A stretch of 55,444 bases of DNA from an uncultured Bacilli bacterium (GCA_910578855.1 CAJTRV010000003.1:1-55444), one strand, 5' to 3'; positions 9,765-19,956 are shown, counted from the stretch's first letter. Notes: generated by a model not told the origin, from the sequence alone. Numbers and translations: made by a program.

Positions 9765-10949
9765 TTATTCGATAATGTCAGAAACGTTACCAGCACCAAC
9801 TGTTCTTCCACCTTCACGAATAGAGAACTTCGTTCCATTTTCGATCGCGATTGGAGCAATTAATTCTACTGTCATTTCAACATTGTCTCCAGGCATAACC
9901 ATTTCTACACCTTCAGGTAATTCAATAACTCCTGTAACATCAGTTGTTCTGAAATAGAACTGAGGACGGTAGTTACTGAAGAATGGAGTATGTCTTCCAC
10001 CTTCTTCTTTGCTAAGTACATATACTTGTGCTTTGAATTTCTTATGTGGATTAACACTACCTGGTTTACACAATACTTGACCACGTTCTACCTCTTCTCG
10101 AGAAATACCACGTAATAATACTCCAGCATTGTCTCCAGCTTCTGCATAATCCAATTGTTTACGGAACATTTCGATTCCTGTAACAACTGCTTTTTGAGTT
10201 TCTTTAATACCAACGATTTCAATTTCATCATTTAATTTCAATTGTCCACGTTCTACACGTCCGGTAACAACAGTTCCACGACCTGTAATTGTAAATACGT
10301 CTTCAATTGGCATTAAGAATGGCTTGTCAATATCTCTAGTTGGTGTTTCGATCCAGCTATCAACAGCATCCATTAATTCATTAACTGCATCTACATATTT
10401 TTGTTCTCCTTCAAGAGCTTTCAATGCAGATCCACGAATAACTGGAGTCGCATCTCCATCAAATCCATACTCGCTTAATAATTCACGAATTTCCATTTCT
10501 ACTAAGTCTAATAATTCTTCGTCATCAACCATGTCACATTTGTTCATGAATACAACCATACGTGGTACTCCAACTTGACGAGCAAGTAAGATGTGTTCAC
10601 GAGTTTGTGCCATTGGTCCATCTGTTGCAGCAATAACTAAGATTGCTCCATCCATTTGAGCAGCACCTGTAATCATGTTTTTAACATAGTCAGCATGCCC
10701 TGGACAGTCTACGTGAGCATAGTGACGTTTGTCAGTACGATATTCAACGTGGGCTGTGTTAATTGTAATTCCACGTTCTCTTTCTTCTGGTGCTTTATCA
10801 ATATTTGCATATTCTTCAAATTGAGCGTACCCTTTTTTAGATAATACACTTGTAATAGCAGCAGTTAAAGTCGTTTTACCGTGGTCTACGTGTCCGATTG
10901 TACCAATATTCATATGTGGTAACGAACGGTCATATTTTTCTTTTGCCAT
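9765..10949 (-). CDS. tuf: Elongation factor Tu
   Basis: 394 aa from [24 protein letters not shown] and NKCD GTPase motifs. GGAGGAAA RBS. The ORF-track N-terminal extension is rejected. Confidence 0.98.
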   Translation of the reverse strand: MAKEKYDRSLPHMNIGTIGHVDHGKTTLTAAITSVLSKKGYAQFEEYANIDKAPEERERGITINTAHVEYRTDKRHYAHVDCPGHADYVKNMITGAAQMDGAILVIAATDGPMAQTREHILLARQVGVPRMVVFMNKCDMVDDEELLDLVEMEIRELLSEYGFDGDATPVIRGSALKALEGEQKYVDAVNELMDAVDSWIETPTRDIDKPFLMPIEDVFTITGRGTVVTGRVERGQLKLNDEIEIVGIKETQKAVVTGIEMFRKQLDYAEAGDNAGVLLRGISREEVERGQVLCKPGSVNPHKKFKAQVYVLSKEEGGRHTPFFSNYRPQFYFRTTDVTGVIELPEGVEMVMPGDNVEMTVELIAPIAIENGTKFSIREGGRTVGAGNVSDIIE

Positions 10950-11088
10950 AATAAATTTCCTCCTTATATTAATTACATCTCTTATTTTATATGAACTAAT
11001 GCAAAATATCAAGTACTTTCCATTAATTTCATCAGTTTTTATACAAATACTGGAAGAAATGAAATCATTTCCCCCAAATATTTATCTC

Positions 11089-13161
11089 TTAGTTTCCACC
11101 ATTTTTCTTAATGATGTCTTCTGCAATATTTTTTGGAACTTCTTCATAGTGATCGAACACCATTGTAAAGTTTCCACGTCCTTGGGTATTAGAACGTAAA
11201 CTAGTCGCATATCCAAACATCTCTGAAAGTGGTACCATTGCATCGATTGCTAATGCATTTCCACGTGATTCTTGACCTAGTGGACGTCCTCGGCGAGAAG
11301 TAATATCTCCCATTACGTTTCCTAGATATTCATCTGGTACAACCACTTGAACTTTCATAATTGGTTCGAGAAGTACTGGACTACACTTTTTCTTAGCCTC
11401 TTTTAGTGCTAAACTAGCAGCTACTTTAAAGGCCATTTCATTAGAGTCAACATCATGGTATGAACCATCAAACAATGTTGCTTTTACATCGACCATAGGA
11501 TATCCAGCAAGAACACCAGTTTTCATCGCGTCTTGTAGTCCCTTATCGGTTACTGGAATATATTCACGAGGAACCACTCCACCAACGATCGCATCGACAA
11601 ACTCATATCCTTTGTCTTTGTTTGGCTCAAACTTAATCCATACGTGTCCGTATTGTCCACGTCCACCTGATTGTTTTACATACTTACCTTCACACTCTGC
11701 TGTCTGTGTAAGTGTCTCACGGTAACTAACTTGTGGTTGCCCAATATTGGCTTCCACATTGAACTCACGCTTCATACGATCAACGATAATATCAAGGTGA
11801 AGTTCTCCCATTCCCGCAATAATCGTCTGACCAGTTTCATGGTTTGTACTAGCGCGGAATGTTGGATCCTCTTCACTTAATTTTTGAAGGGCAATTCCCA
11901 TCTTATCTTGATCTGCTTTTGATTTAGGTTCAACCGCTAACTCGATTACTGGTTCTGGGAACTCCATGGATTCTAAAATGATTGGTTTTTTCTCATCACA
12001 TAAAGAGTCTCCCGTAGTCGTATTCTTAAGTCCTACTGCAGCTGCAATATCTCCAGTATATACTTCAGTAATCTCAGTACGGTTATTAGCGTGCATCTGT
12101 AAGATACGTCCAATTCGTTCTTTCTTATCTTTTGTAGCATTCAAGATATAAGAACCACTACTTAGTTTACCAGAGTAAACTCGGAAGAACGTAAGACGTC
12201 CAACAAATGGATCTGTCATTACTTTAAACGCTAAAGCACTAAATGGTTCATCATCAGATGGATGACGTTCCATTTCATTTCCACTTAAATCAACCCCTTT
12301 TACAGAAGCAATATCTGTTGGAGCTGGTAGATAATCTACCACCGCGTCAAGTAATAATTTAATACCAGTATTTCCTAGCGCAGTTCCACACATTACAGGG
12401 AAGAATTTAACATCCAATGTTCCTTTACGGATTGCCCGTTTTAACATTTCTACTGGAATATCTTCACCCTCTAAATATTTATTCATTAATTCATCATCGA
12501 ATTCCGCTACAGCTTCGATTAACTCTGCTCGCTTCTCTTCGGCGATATCTTTGGCATCTGCAGGAATTTCAATTTCTTCCGCATTCTCCTCTGGACCTCT
12601 ATCATAATGATAACATTTCATTGTTACCAAATCGATAATTGTCTTGAACTCACTTTCTGCGCCAAGTGGCCATTCAATTGGAGCAAAATTAACATCTAAC
12701 CGATCTTTGATTGTCGTCAAACAATGAGTAAAGTCAGCACCCATTTTATCCATCTTATTACAGAAGATAATTCGTGGTACATCGAACTCGTCTGCTTGCC
12801 GCCAAACAGTCTCAGTTTGTGGTTCTACTCCAGCTTGTGTATCAAGTAGTGCTACGGCACCATCTAATACTCGTAGAGATCGTGATACTTCAACTGTAAA
12901 GTCAACGTGTCCTGGGGTATCGATAATATTTAAACGATGCCCTTTCCAAAATGCCGTTGTCGCAGCGGAAGTAATCGTGATTCCACGTTCTTGTTCTTGC
13001 TCCATCCAGTCCATTTGGCTAGCTCCATCATGGGTCTCACCAATTTTGTGGATTTTATGAGTATGGAATAAGACACGCTCTGTACAAGTTGTTTTCCCTG
13101 CATCGATATGTGCCATGATTCCAAAGTTACGTGTATTTTCTAAACTATATTCACGAGCCAT
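11089..13161 (-). CDS. fusA: Elongation factor G
   Basis: 690 aa. [17 protein letters not shown] and NKMD motifs. Canonical position between rpsG and tuf. Confidence 0.98.
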   Translation of the reverse strand: MAREYSLENTRNFGIMAHIDAGKTTCTERVLFHTHKIHKIGETHDGASQMDWMEQEQERGITITSAATTAFWKGHRLNIIDTPGHVDFTVEVSRSLRVLDGAVALLDTQAGVEPQTETVWRQADEFDVPRIIFCNKMDKMGADFTHCLTTIKDRLDVNFAPIEWPLGAESEFKTIIDLVTMKCYHYDRGPEENAEEIEIPADAKDIAEEKRAELIEAVAEFDDELMNKYLEGEDIPVEMLKRAIRKGTLDVKFFPVMCGTALGNTGIKLLLDAVVDYLPAPTDIASVKGVDLSGNEMERHPSDDEPFSALAFKVMTDPFVGRLTFFRVYSGKLSSGSYILNATKDKKERIGRILQMHANNRTEITEVYTGDIAAAVGLKNTTTGDSLCDEKKPIILESMEFPEPVIELAVEPKSKADQDKMGIALQKLSEEDPTFRASTNHETGQTIIAGMGELHLDIIVDRMKREFNVEANIGQPQVSYRETLTQTAECEGKYVKQSGGRGQYGHVWIKFEPNKDKGYEFVDAIVGGVVPREYIPVTDKGLQDAMKTGVLAGYPMVDVKATLFDGSYHDVDSNEMAFKVAASLALKEAKKKCSPVLLEPIMKVQVVVPDEYLGNVMGDITSRRGRPLGQESRGNALAIDAMVPLSEMFGYATSLRSNTQGRGNFTMVFDHYEEVPKNIAEDIIKKNGGN

Positions 13162-13186
13162 AAATAATCCTTTCCTTTATTATATT

Positions 13187-13654
13187 TTACCAACGGTAAT
13201 GAGCAAATGCTTTATTGGCTTCAGCCATTCGATGAGTATCCTCACGTTTTTTTACAGCTCCACCAATTCCATTACTAGCATCAACGATTTCATTTGCTAA
13301 TTTCTCAGCCATCGTATGACCACCACGATTACGAGCATTTTCTTTTAACCAACGAAGGGCTAACGTCTGTGCTTCATCGGCTCTTACTTCGATTGGTACT
13401 TGGTAGTTCGCTCCACCAACCCGACGTGTTTTTACTTTTAACGCTGGCTTGATGTTTTCCATTGCTGCTTCAAACACTTCCATTGGTTCCTTATTGGTTT
13501 TCTCTTTTACCATGTCAAATGCTTTATAAACAATCGTCTGCGCTTTTCCTTTTTTACCATCTAACATAATCGTATTGATTAATTTCGTTACTAATTTAGA
13601 ATTGTACATTGGATCTGCTAACACATCTCTTTTTACTGCACGATTTTTACGCAT
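13187..13654 (-). CDS. rpsG: 30S ribosomal protein S7
   Basis: 155 aa, ending KAFAHYRW. Sits in the str operon. Confidence 0.97.
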   Translation of the reverse strand: MRKNRAVKRDVLADPMYNSKLVTKLINTIMLDGKKGKAQTIVYKAFDMVKEKTNKEPMEVFEAAMENIKPALKVKTRRVGGANYQVPIEVRADEAQTLALRWLKENARNRGGHTMAEKLANEIVDASNGIGGAVKKREDTHRMAEANKAFAHYRW

Positions 13655-13683
13655 AAGTTTCTCCTTTCTTTATCATATTTTTA

Positions 13684-14100
13684 CTATTTACTCTTTGGTT
13701 TCTTTGTTCCATATTTACTACGTCCTTGACGACGCGCATCGACTCCAGCTGTATCTAGGGTTCCACGAATAATGTGATAACGTACTCCGACTAAGTCTTT
13801 TACACGTCCCCCACGAATTAATACAACACTGTGCTCTTGTAAGTTATGTCCTTCTCCAGGAATATAAGCAGTTACTTCCATATTGTTACTCAAACGAACA
13901 CGTGCATATTTACGTAACGCCGAGTTTGGTTTCTTAGGTGTCATCGTTCCTACACGAGTACATACACCACGCTTTTGCGGTGAATTTAAACTAGTGTAAC
14001 GCTTTTCTTGACTGTTATATCCAACTCCAAGAACTGGTGCCTTACTTTTTCGCTTTTTGTCTTTACGTCCTTTACGAACTAATTGATTAATTGTTGGCAT
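13684..14100 (-). CDS. rpsL: 30S ribosomal protein S12
   Basis: 138 aa. Starts [12 protein letters not shown]; contains [10 protein letters not shown]. Confidence 0.98.
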   Translation of the reverse strand: MPTINQLVRKGRKDKKRKSKAPVLGVGYNSQEKRYTSLNSPQKRGVCTRVGTMTPKKPNSALRKYARVRLSNNMEVTAYIPGEGHNLQEHSVVLIRGGRVKDLVGVRYHIIRGTLDTAGVDARRQGRSKYGTKKPKSK

Positions 14101-14194
14101 TGGTATCCTCCTTCCTTACTACACACTTCCAGGTGTCTCACATTCTCTCTAATGAAAGATTTACCGAAGTAAATCTCAAATGAAATGCATACCT

Positions 14195-14224
14195 ACTATA
14201 CCACTTTTAGTATATGCCTGTCAA
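14195..14224 (-). promoter_or_regulatory. Sigma-A promoter of the str operon (rpsL-rpsG-fusA-tuf)
   Basis: Minus strand: TTGACA (14219-14224), 18-nt spacer, TATAGT (14195-14200) preceded by TG. About 95 nt upstream of the rpsL ATG. Confidence 0.6.
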
Positions 14225-14253
14225 TGCATTTCTTGCGTTTTCCGCCTACTTTT

Positions 14254-14712
14254 TTATTTATCTTTTAAAACATCATATCCGGCGGTCTCATACTCATCTT
14301 CACATTTTAGATAAGTTTGATAGGTACCATTTTGCTTATGATGTTCAACATATCCAGTACATAGGATATCAGGATCATCCAGAGCCTGAACTGCTGCAAA
14401 ATATTGATTTTGAACCAAGGTTAGGATCGTCACAACTTCGACATCCCCTTCCTGACTATTTGAAAGAAAATAAGGCGCACTACACTCGGCAATTTGTTTT
14501 TCTAGCGATGCATAATCATCGGCCATAATCATATTTGCTGTATCATCATTTTCATAATCTTGATCTGGTGTGACATAAGTTCCGGTTCCTGTTCCACCAG
14601 GTGATACCGAAGACATAACTTGATTATAAAGAATAGCAACAATCGTAAGCGATAAGGCTACAACAACTAAGAAAGCCATCACTTCTAATTTTCCAAATCC
14701 CTTTTGATTCAT
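14254..14712 (-). CDS. Pseudopilin-like protein with atypical prepilin signal
   Basis: 152 aa from ATG 14712 after GAGGGA. MNQKG/FGKLEVMAFLVVVALSL keeps G-1, F+1 and E+5. C-terminal Cys pair (ILCTGYV...YLKCED), as in the 4100 and 4519 pilins. Confidence 0.7.
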   Translation of the reverse strand: MNQKGFGKLEVMAFLVVVALSLTIVAILYNQVMSSVSPGGTGTGTYVTPDQDYENDDTANMIMADDYASLEKQIAECSAPYFLSNSQEGDVEVVTILTLVQNQYFAAVQALDDPDILCTGYVEHHKQNGTYQTYLKCEDEYETAGYDVLKDK

Positions 14713-14725
14713 AGAATCCCTCTTT

Positions 14726-15379
14726 CTAATAATGTAATTCAAACGGTTCTTTAAAGCGATATAATTTAGCTGGGCGACCACTCATTCCTTCTGTCTGATC
14801 CCCCGTTTCCTCAATTAAATCATGTTGCATAAATTTCTTACGAAAATTACGCCGATCTAGCGGATGATCTAAAATCATCTCACAAGCTCGCTGCATCTCT
14901 GGTAACGAGAAATCACTTGGAAATAAATACTCTAAAATATGATAATCGCGTAACATCGTCCGTAATTGAACGATCGTCTCTGTAATAATCTGTTCATGAT
15001 CAAATCCTAACTTTGGTAACTTATTAATCGGAAACCAATTTAAATCATCAAGCGAATGTTCAACTTGCTTTAAAGCAATCGATACACTATCGATAAGTCC
15101 TAAATAAGAAATCCCAATCACTCGCTTATTAACTTTCCGTTCTAATGCACCAAAAACACCAACTTGTTTCATCTCAATTACGGGTAATTTGGCCTTTTTT
15201 GTGATACAAAGTGCTAACGCTTCCTCGATCATCATATCTTGCTTTACCAACTGACTGGGTAAGATCCAATATCCCTTATAAGGATCTCGTTTATTCCGAC
15301 AAAGTAAAATCTTTACTTCCCCATCGATTACCGTAATCAAATTGGCAACAACTTCGACATAATTCATTTCTTGTTTCAT
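14726..15379 (-). CDS. NrtR-family regulator (Nudix-like N-domain plus C-terminal winged helix)
   Basis: 217 aa from ATG 15379 after AAGGGGTG. Nudix fold region (YKGYWILPSQ...) with a degenerate Nudix box. C-terminal LDRRNFRKKF...GRPAKLYRF resembles the NrtR wHTH. Confidence 0.7.
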   Translation of the reverse strand: MKQEMNYVEVVANLITVIDGEVKILLCRNKRDPYKGYWILPSQLVKQDMMIEEALALCITKKAKLPVIEMKQVGVFGALERKVNKRVIGISYLGLIDSVSIALKQVEHSLDDLNWFPINKLPKLGFDHEQIITETIVQLRTMLRDYHILEYLFPSDFSLPEMQRACEMILDHPLDRRNFRKKFMQHDLIEETGDQTEGMSGRPAKLYRFKEPFELHY

Positions 15380-15524
15380 CCTTACACCCCTTTGTGTTTT
15401 TACTACACGGTATATTATAACATGTTCTTCTTTTCTGTCAAGTTGACACGAATTCACCTATCTTTACTATATGACGTTTCAAAGAATTGGTGTATCATCA
15501 AAAAAATATTTAGAGTGATACATT

Positions 15525-17933
15525 CTAAATATTCTTTCCTTTGGCTAACAGACAAATTTTATGATTGTCATTTCCTTGATTTAGGGAGCAATTCATACAA
15601 TCCATTTTCTTGGTCTCCTGGTTCCATAGACATTTGACATTGTCCTGAATTGGTTTATCAGCACAACTATAAAAAGCATCTCCACGCCCAACATTGTAAC
15701 AAGTCGATTGATCATGATTTACAATAACTCCATAATGGGCAATCTCCTTTAGAAAATTACTCGTACAACGTTTCCCATTATTTTGACTACTACAAGTTAA
15801 GTTAAAATCACTATACTCTGTTGTTTTATTATAGCTTTTAATCTTTCTAATTGCTGATGGTGTTAATGTAAAAGAATACATCGGCGTCTTCTTATAAACA
15901 TCGTTTTCTTTTACATGACGATTCTTCTTAATATAATGATCGATATCGCTCGTCGTCCAGTTAATCCCGGGTTCTCGTCCTAACCCTGCTTCCCCAGGAA
16001 AGGGATTGGTTAACGAAATAGGACGATAGATAATATTTAATCCATCAAACCCTGTATTTCCCTCATCATTCTCACAATGACTTCCATAACAACGATCACA
16101 GTGTTCACCAACACAATCAGGATCATCACAATCATCACCTGTACAAGGAATAAGCCGGTTAATTACCTTATATTCACAGCTATAAGTTGCTTCCTTAACA
16201 AAGTGGCCATCAGTCCCAATATTTTGATACGTAAGACTTATGGGATACGTCCCCGTTGGGGTTTTATAATAAACAGGATAATTGGGGTAGCCAATATCAA
16301 TATATCGGTTATTTATGGCGATATCACCAAGTACTTGATCAACCGCTTTTCCATCGGTTTTCTGAATATAACGATTGGTCTTTTCTGGCATTGTATGCTT
16401 ATACTTTTCTGATACTGTCGAATAAATAGAAGTATTCGCATATTCTTCCAGTACGGTATATTCTTGCAGCTGACAATGAGTAGTTCCCAAGATACGTGGA
16501 ATATCTTTAATACTAATGGCTTTATTAATATCTAAGGCACTGACATTTTGACAAGTAGATTTATAGATTGTTCTATTATGTGCTTTGGTGTTCACCGGTT
16601 CCGCTTCCTTCTTCTCAATAAGCGTTTTTGTTAGAGGTACATTTCGTGCGTAAGCTCTAGAAGGCATGTCCTGGTGATGAACGGTAATTGCTGAAGTATC
16701 AGAAACACGATCAGCCTTACCATCAAGATTACATTTTTCCAATGTATTTTCGAGGTATTTAATATTTTTCTTGAGTTCATTTAATGACCACTTATAACCA
16801 TTCACGCCACCAATGGCATCGTCATCAGGAATATAGTCATACCACATATTATCAAAATCAATCGAATTATAAGGAACACCATCTTCACTCTGCCAACAAT
16901 AGGTTTGCCATTCTGCTTCATAAGCCCCAACTGCCAGCTTCTCATATTTTACCCTTGACCATATATGATCTTGCCTGGCTGGACAACCAGTTTTACTTTT
17001 CTGTTCTTCCGTTTTCCAGGTACACGTTCCATCTTTATTGGGCTTCTTATTTCCAGGCGTTCCATTTGGACACATATAGAAATAACAAGTTCGTTGGGTA
17101 GCCCTTCCATGATCAACGACCTCATCTTTCGTCTCTTTAAATATATACCGTTTCTTTTGAGTAGCACTTAATAAAGCATTACATTTCGCTTCTCGTTCCT
17201 CTTCTGGTGTTTTTGAATCAATCCCGAAGGGAACATCTGGTTTCCTATATCCAGCAACCGTTGTATTAGCCTCTACAGATTTGATTACCGTTTTTGGTAT
17301 ACATCCAAAATGTTCCAATAATTTTTGTTTATTATATATCTTAGTATCATTCATTATATACCCTATAGCATCTTCACCCATGGAATCAAAGGTTTTATAA
17401 AAATCACTATTTTTATCAGCATTATCACCTTTGAAATCTAAATTTTGTAGTAACTCACATATCGAAACATCAGAATTTTTCTGATGGTCTTCCCGGAAAA
17501 TATGCATCACGAGAAAATTAATTCCCGCTTCACCACCAGTTTTTTCCTCCCATTCCCGCTTCCATTTCTCCCAATTAATTGTTGTTTCACATTCTCGTTT
17601 CCGTTCAGTGACAATCTCTTCCCAGATAAAATGATTCCCTCCTAAAATTGAATCATACTGGTCAACACTAATCCACGGTACTTTATTGGGAAACCTTGTC
17701 GTTGCTTCTTCCCGGCAAATAGAATAACAATATCCTGGAACAATATCTTTCTTATACGCATTACAATTGTTATTTTTGATCGTTCCTAAGTCAGGATCAC
17801 GATAAGTACCTGTTTCCTCACAGTAGTCATTCTTATCGATCACTGCTGTACAAGCCCCCGCAGCCTGCACACTCCTTGGGATTAAAAAAATAATGACCAA
17901 TAATAATATCATTCCTATCCGTTTTACCTTCAT
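15525..17933 (-). CDS. Secreted cysteine-rich orphan protein
   Basis: 802 aa. Sec signal MKVKRIGMILLLVIIFLIPRSVQA/AG. About 32 Cys in the mature chain by my count, including the cluster CTGDDCDDPDCVGEHCDRCYGSHC. GAGGTGG RBS. I recognise no family. Confidence 0.8.
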   Translation of the reverse strand: MKVKRIGMILLLVIIFLIPRSVQAAGACTAVIDKNDYCEETGTYRDPDLGTIKNNNCNAYKKDIVPGYCYSICREEATTRFPNKVPWISVDQYDSILGGNHFIWEEIVTERKRECETTINWEKWKREWEEKTGGEAGINFLVMHIFREDHQKNSDVSICELLQNLDFKGDNADKNSDFYKTFDSMGEDAIGYIMNDTKIYNKQKLLEHFGCIPKTVIKSVEANTTVAGYRKPDVPFGIDSKTPEEEREAKCNALLSATQKKRYIFKETKDEVVDHGRATQRTCYFYMCPNGTPGNKKPNKDGTCTWKTEEQKSKTGCPARQDHIWSRVKYEKLAVGAYEAEWQTYCWQSEDGVPYNSIDFDNMWYDYIPDDDAIGGVNGYKWSLNELKKNIKYLENTLEKCNLDGKADRVSDTSAITVHHQDMPSRAYARNVPLTKTLIEKKEAEPVNTKAHNRTIYKSTCQNVSALDINKAISIKDIPRILGTTHCQLQEYTVLEEYANTSIYSTVSEKYKHTMPEKTNRYIQKTDGKAVDQVLGDIAINNRYIDIGYPNYPVYYKTPTGTYPISLTYQNIGTDGHFVKEATYSCEYKVINRLIPCTGDDCDDPDCVGEHCDRCYGSHCENDEGNTGFDGLNIIYRPISLTNPFPGEAGLGREPGINWTTSDIDHYIKKNRHVKENDVYKKTPMYSFTLTPSAIRKIKSYNKTTEYSDFNLTCSSQNNGKRCTSNFLKEIAHYGVIVNHDQSTCYNVGRGDAFYSCADKPIQDNVKCLWNQETKKMDCMNCSLNQGNDNHKICLLAKGKNI

Positions 17934-18047
17934 ACTGCCACCTCATTACACTATCATGATAATATCACAAAAATAAGGGTAATGCAAGTATCTTATTTTC
18001 AACACCTGCCATACTATACAATGAGGATGGAAAGGGGGATTGAAATG

Positions 18048-18257
18048 GTAAAAATAAATATTGAAGCGCTTTTAAAAAAGAATCATAAAACCAAATATTG
18101 GCTATGTCAACAGATGAATATGACTTCAAGAAATATCAACCGAATTATCCGTGGGGAAACAACTTCAATCTCTTTTAAATATATTGAAGAGTTTTGTAAC
18201 CACCTAAATTGTCTTCCAGGGGAACTAATTACAATTGTTCCCGATCAAGAAAAATAA
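18048..18257 (+). CDS. XRE/Cro-type helix-turn-helix regulator
   Basis: 69 aa from ATG 18048 after AAGGGGGA. KTKYWLCQQMNMTSRNINRIIRGE HTH. Divergent from the Cys-rich gene. Confidence 0.75.
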   Translation, partial: VKINIEALLKKNHKTKYWLCQQMNMTSRNINRIIRGETTSISFKYIEEFCNHLNCLPGELITIVPDQEK

Positions 18258-18293
18258 TTATTTTTATGCTTTGTGTTAACTAATAGTAAAATA

Positions 18294-18325
18294 AAATACG
18301 AGTATTTTCATATTCGTATTTTTTG
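18294..18325. terminator. Bidirectional terminator between the HTH gene and the lipoprotein gene
   Basis: 8-bp stem aaatacga (18294-18301) / tcgtattt (18314-18321), flanked by a T-run on plus and an A-run on the other side. It overlaps the last codons of the lipoprotein gene. Confidence 0.5.
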
Positions 18326-18988
18326 TCCTATTTTATAAACCATGGCTACTTTGTCGTCATCTTTATCTTTTTGTTCTTCACCAAATTGAAAACTTTTCCC
18401 TGGATTTTCATCTCCAAAAAGCTTGTATAAATCTTCATCACTGATATATTTATATTGTTTATTTGAAACTACATAAAAATCTCTTCTAGTATCCCACATT
18501 TTTCCAGGATGCGTCTTGATCCATCCTTCATCTTTTGTATAAAAAACAAAGCAGCATGGTAGAATTACACTTTCAATAAATTGATGAACTCTTCCGTTTT
18601 TTTGTAACTCAGCAAGACCCTCTTCCGTTGGCGGAATTAGTTCAATTACTTCACTTTGATCACGGCCAGGATTTACAATATAACGATATGCCTGAATTTT
18701 ATTATAACGCTCTAAAATTTCATTGTTGTAGGTTTTCCCGTCTGGTACTATTTGAAAGTCCTGTAGTGCTTCTGCTTCCAATTCCTCTGGTGTTTTTTCT
18801 AAATTTGTATCTGGCTTTGTTTCAGTAACAACATCCTGAGTTGTTGGTTGTGTGTCGTTCGGTTTATCATGATTTCCACTACATCCTGTTAAACCACTCG
18901 CTGAGGCGATGACAATCCCCGATGATAAAAATAATTTTACTGCTTTTTCCTTTGGTACTGCAAATGGATTTAATTTGAAATCTTTCAT
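18308..18988 (-). CDS. Lipoprotein, function unknown
   Basis: 226 aa. Lipobox ASGLTG/CSG after a hydrophobic stretch, then a Thr/Pro/Glu-rich linker. GAGGGGAG RBS. Confidence 0.75.
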   Translation of the reverse strand: MKDFKLNPFAVPKEKAVKLFLSSGIVIASASGLTGCSGNHDKPNDTQPTTQDVVTETKPDTNLEKTPEELEAEALQDFQIVPDGKTYNNEILERYNKIQAYRYIVNPGRDQSEVIELIPPTEEGLAELQKNGRVHQFIESVILPCCFVFYTKDEGWIKTHPGKMWDTRRDFYVVSNKQYKYISDEDLYKLFGDENPGKSFQFGEEQKDKDDDKVAMVYKIGQKIRI

Positions 18989-19238
18989 AGTTTTCTCCCC
19001 TCAAATCAAATTATACGCCATTATCCTAACATGCTTTCCAAACTTTGTCAAATTATATAGAAACAAGGTATAAAATAGTTTGGGATGAGGAGGATCCTCC
19101 CTTTTCTACAAATAATGATTTCACAACTAAAATACTTTTAAATAAAAATAATTGAGAATACAAGAACAAAGAGAATTACAAATTAATGATCTATATGTTA
19201 CATATTTTTCCTTTTACTTTTTAGCGACAGGTGGATTT

Positions 19239-19319
19239 ATGAGAACAGCAGAAAGAAATTTATGTTCCATCATAATGCTTTTTATTATCATGATAATAAA
19301 AATAGCACCAACTGTTTAA
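19239..19319 (+). CDS. Candidate 26-aa hydrophobic peptide (MRTAERNLCSIIMLFIIMIIKIAPTV)
   Basis: Below the ORF-track cutoff. ATG 19239 follows AGGTGGA, with rather short spacing. Candidate extended -10 promoter: TTACAA, 17 nt, TGtTACATA. A 7-bp hairpin overlaps the stop and a terminator lies 30 nt downstream. Confidence 0.3.
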   Translation: MRTAERNLCSIIMLFIIMIIKIAPTV

Positions 19320-19346
19320 GTTGGTACTAACACTGTTTATAAGGAA

Positions 19347-19386
19347 TAGTACCTAACTTGCTAAAACTAGGTATTTCCTTTTTTAT
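19347..19386 (+). terminator. Plus-strand rho-independent terminator in the 18989-19435 gap
   Basis: Stem agtaccta (19348-19355) / taggtatt (19368-19375) including one G-U pair, 12-nt loop, followed by TCCTTTTTTTATT. Confidence 0.5.
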
Positions 19387-19435
19387 TGTATGAGGATTTT
19401 CTCATCTATATACACTATATCCCATAAATATCTGC

Positions 19436-19924
19436 CTATCTATGACGATAATGAACTTTCGGTTTTTCATCTAATTCGTTCATTTCAGCTACATAGATTT
19501 TCATAATTTCATAGAGTTCATTACAAATATCTGATGTTAATACAAAAGTGCCTGATTGTTGGACCTCTTTTAGTAGCTGATGGAACTTGATTAGAATTGG
19601 ATGATCTAACAAATAGCAAAAGCTAAGTAAAGATAAATCTGACAATGATATTATATTCTGGTAGTTCTCACACGGAACAATATTTTCTTCCCCAATTTTA
19701 TCCAATTGTTCCTGTGGACTTGATAGTTCCATCATAATATTATTATTTTGATCATCAACACAAAGAAATGTATAAGTTGCCACTTCTAAACAAAAATCAA
19801 AATCATCCATTGTTTCATGGTAAGATAATTTCAAGATTGGCTGATATTCTGTTCCTTCCAATGATAAAATTTCAGCTAAAAGTGGCATAATTAACGCTGT
19901 TGGTAATTGAAGTTCTTCTTGCAC
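19436..19924 (-). CDS. Hypothetical acidic protein, paralogue of 19957-20451
   Basis: 162 aa. GTG start 5 nt after AAGGGGGGG. Shares with its neighbour an N-terminal L-x-LEG-x-x-YQ block and a C-terminal DHP-x-L-x-K...ICxxxxxIMxxY...VHY block. Confidence 0.7.
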   Translation of the reverse strand: MQEELQLPTALIMPLLAEILSLEGTEYQPILKLSYHETMDDFDFCLEVATYTFLCVDDQNNNIMMELSSPQEQLDKIGEENIVPCENYQNIISLSDLSLLSFCYLLDHPILIKFHQLLKEVQQSGTFVLTSDICNELYEIMKIYVAEMNELDEKPKVHYRHR

Positions 19925-19956
19925 ATGGTCCCCCCCTTTCCTTCATAATTTAAGTG

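Noticed and set aside
10950-11012. N-terminal extensions in the ORF track for tuf, and similarly for eno, murD, rplA, rplK, secE, camS, murE, spoVAC, the STAS gene, the methyltransferase, GH31 and both HTH genes.
   Set aside because: In each case an internal ATG or GTG follows a strong GGAGG-type RBS at proper spacing and gives the canonical N-terminus. The upstream starts fall inside the RBS or in a neighbouring gene.
19089-19100. Perfect 12-nt palindrome GGAGGATCCTCC in the 18989-19435 gap, considered as an operator or terminator. An 18-codon ORF (MRRILPFLQIMISQLKYF) starts just upstream of it.
   Set aside because: The palindrome has no loop and is too short to call a terminator. The mini-ORF lacks an RBS. 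I cannot distinguish it from chance, and it contains a BamHI site, which is not meaningful in itself.
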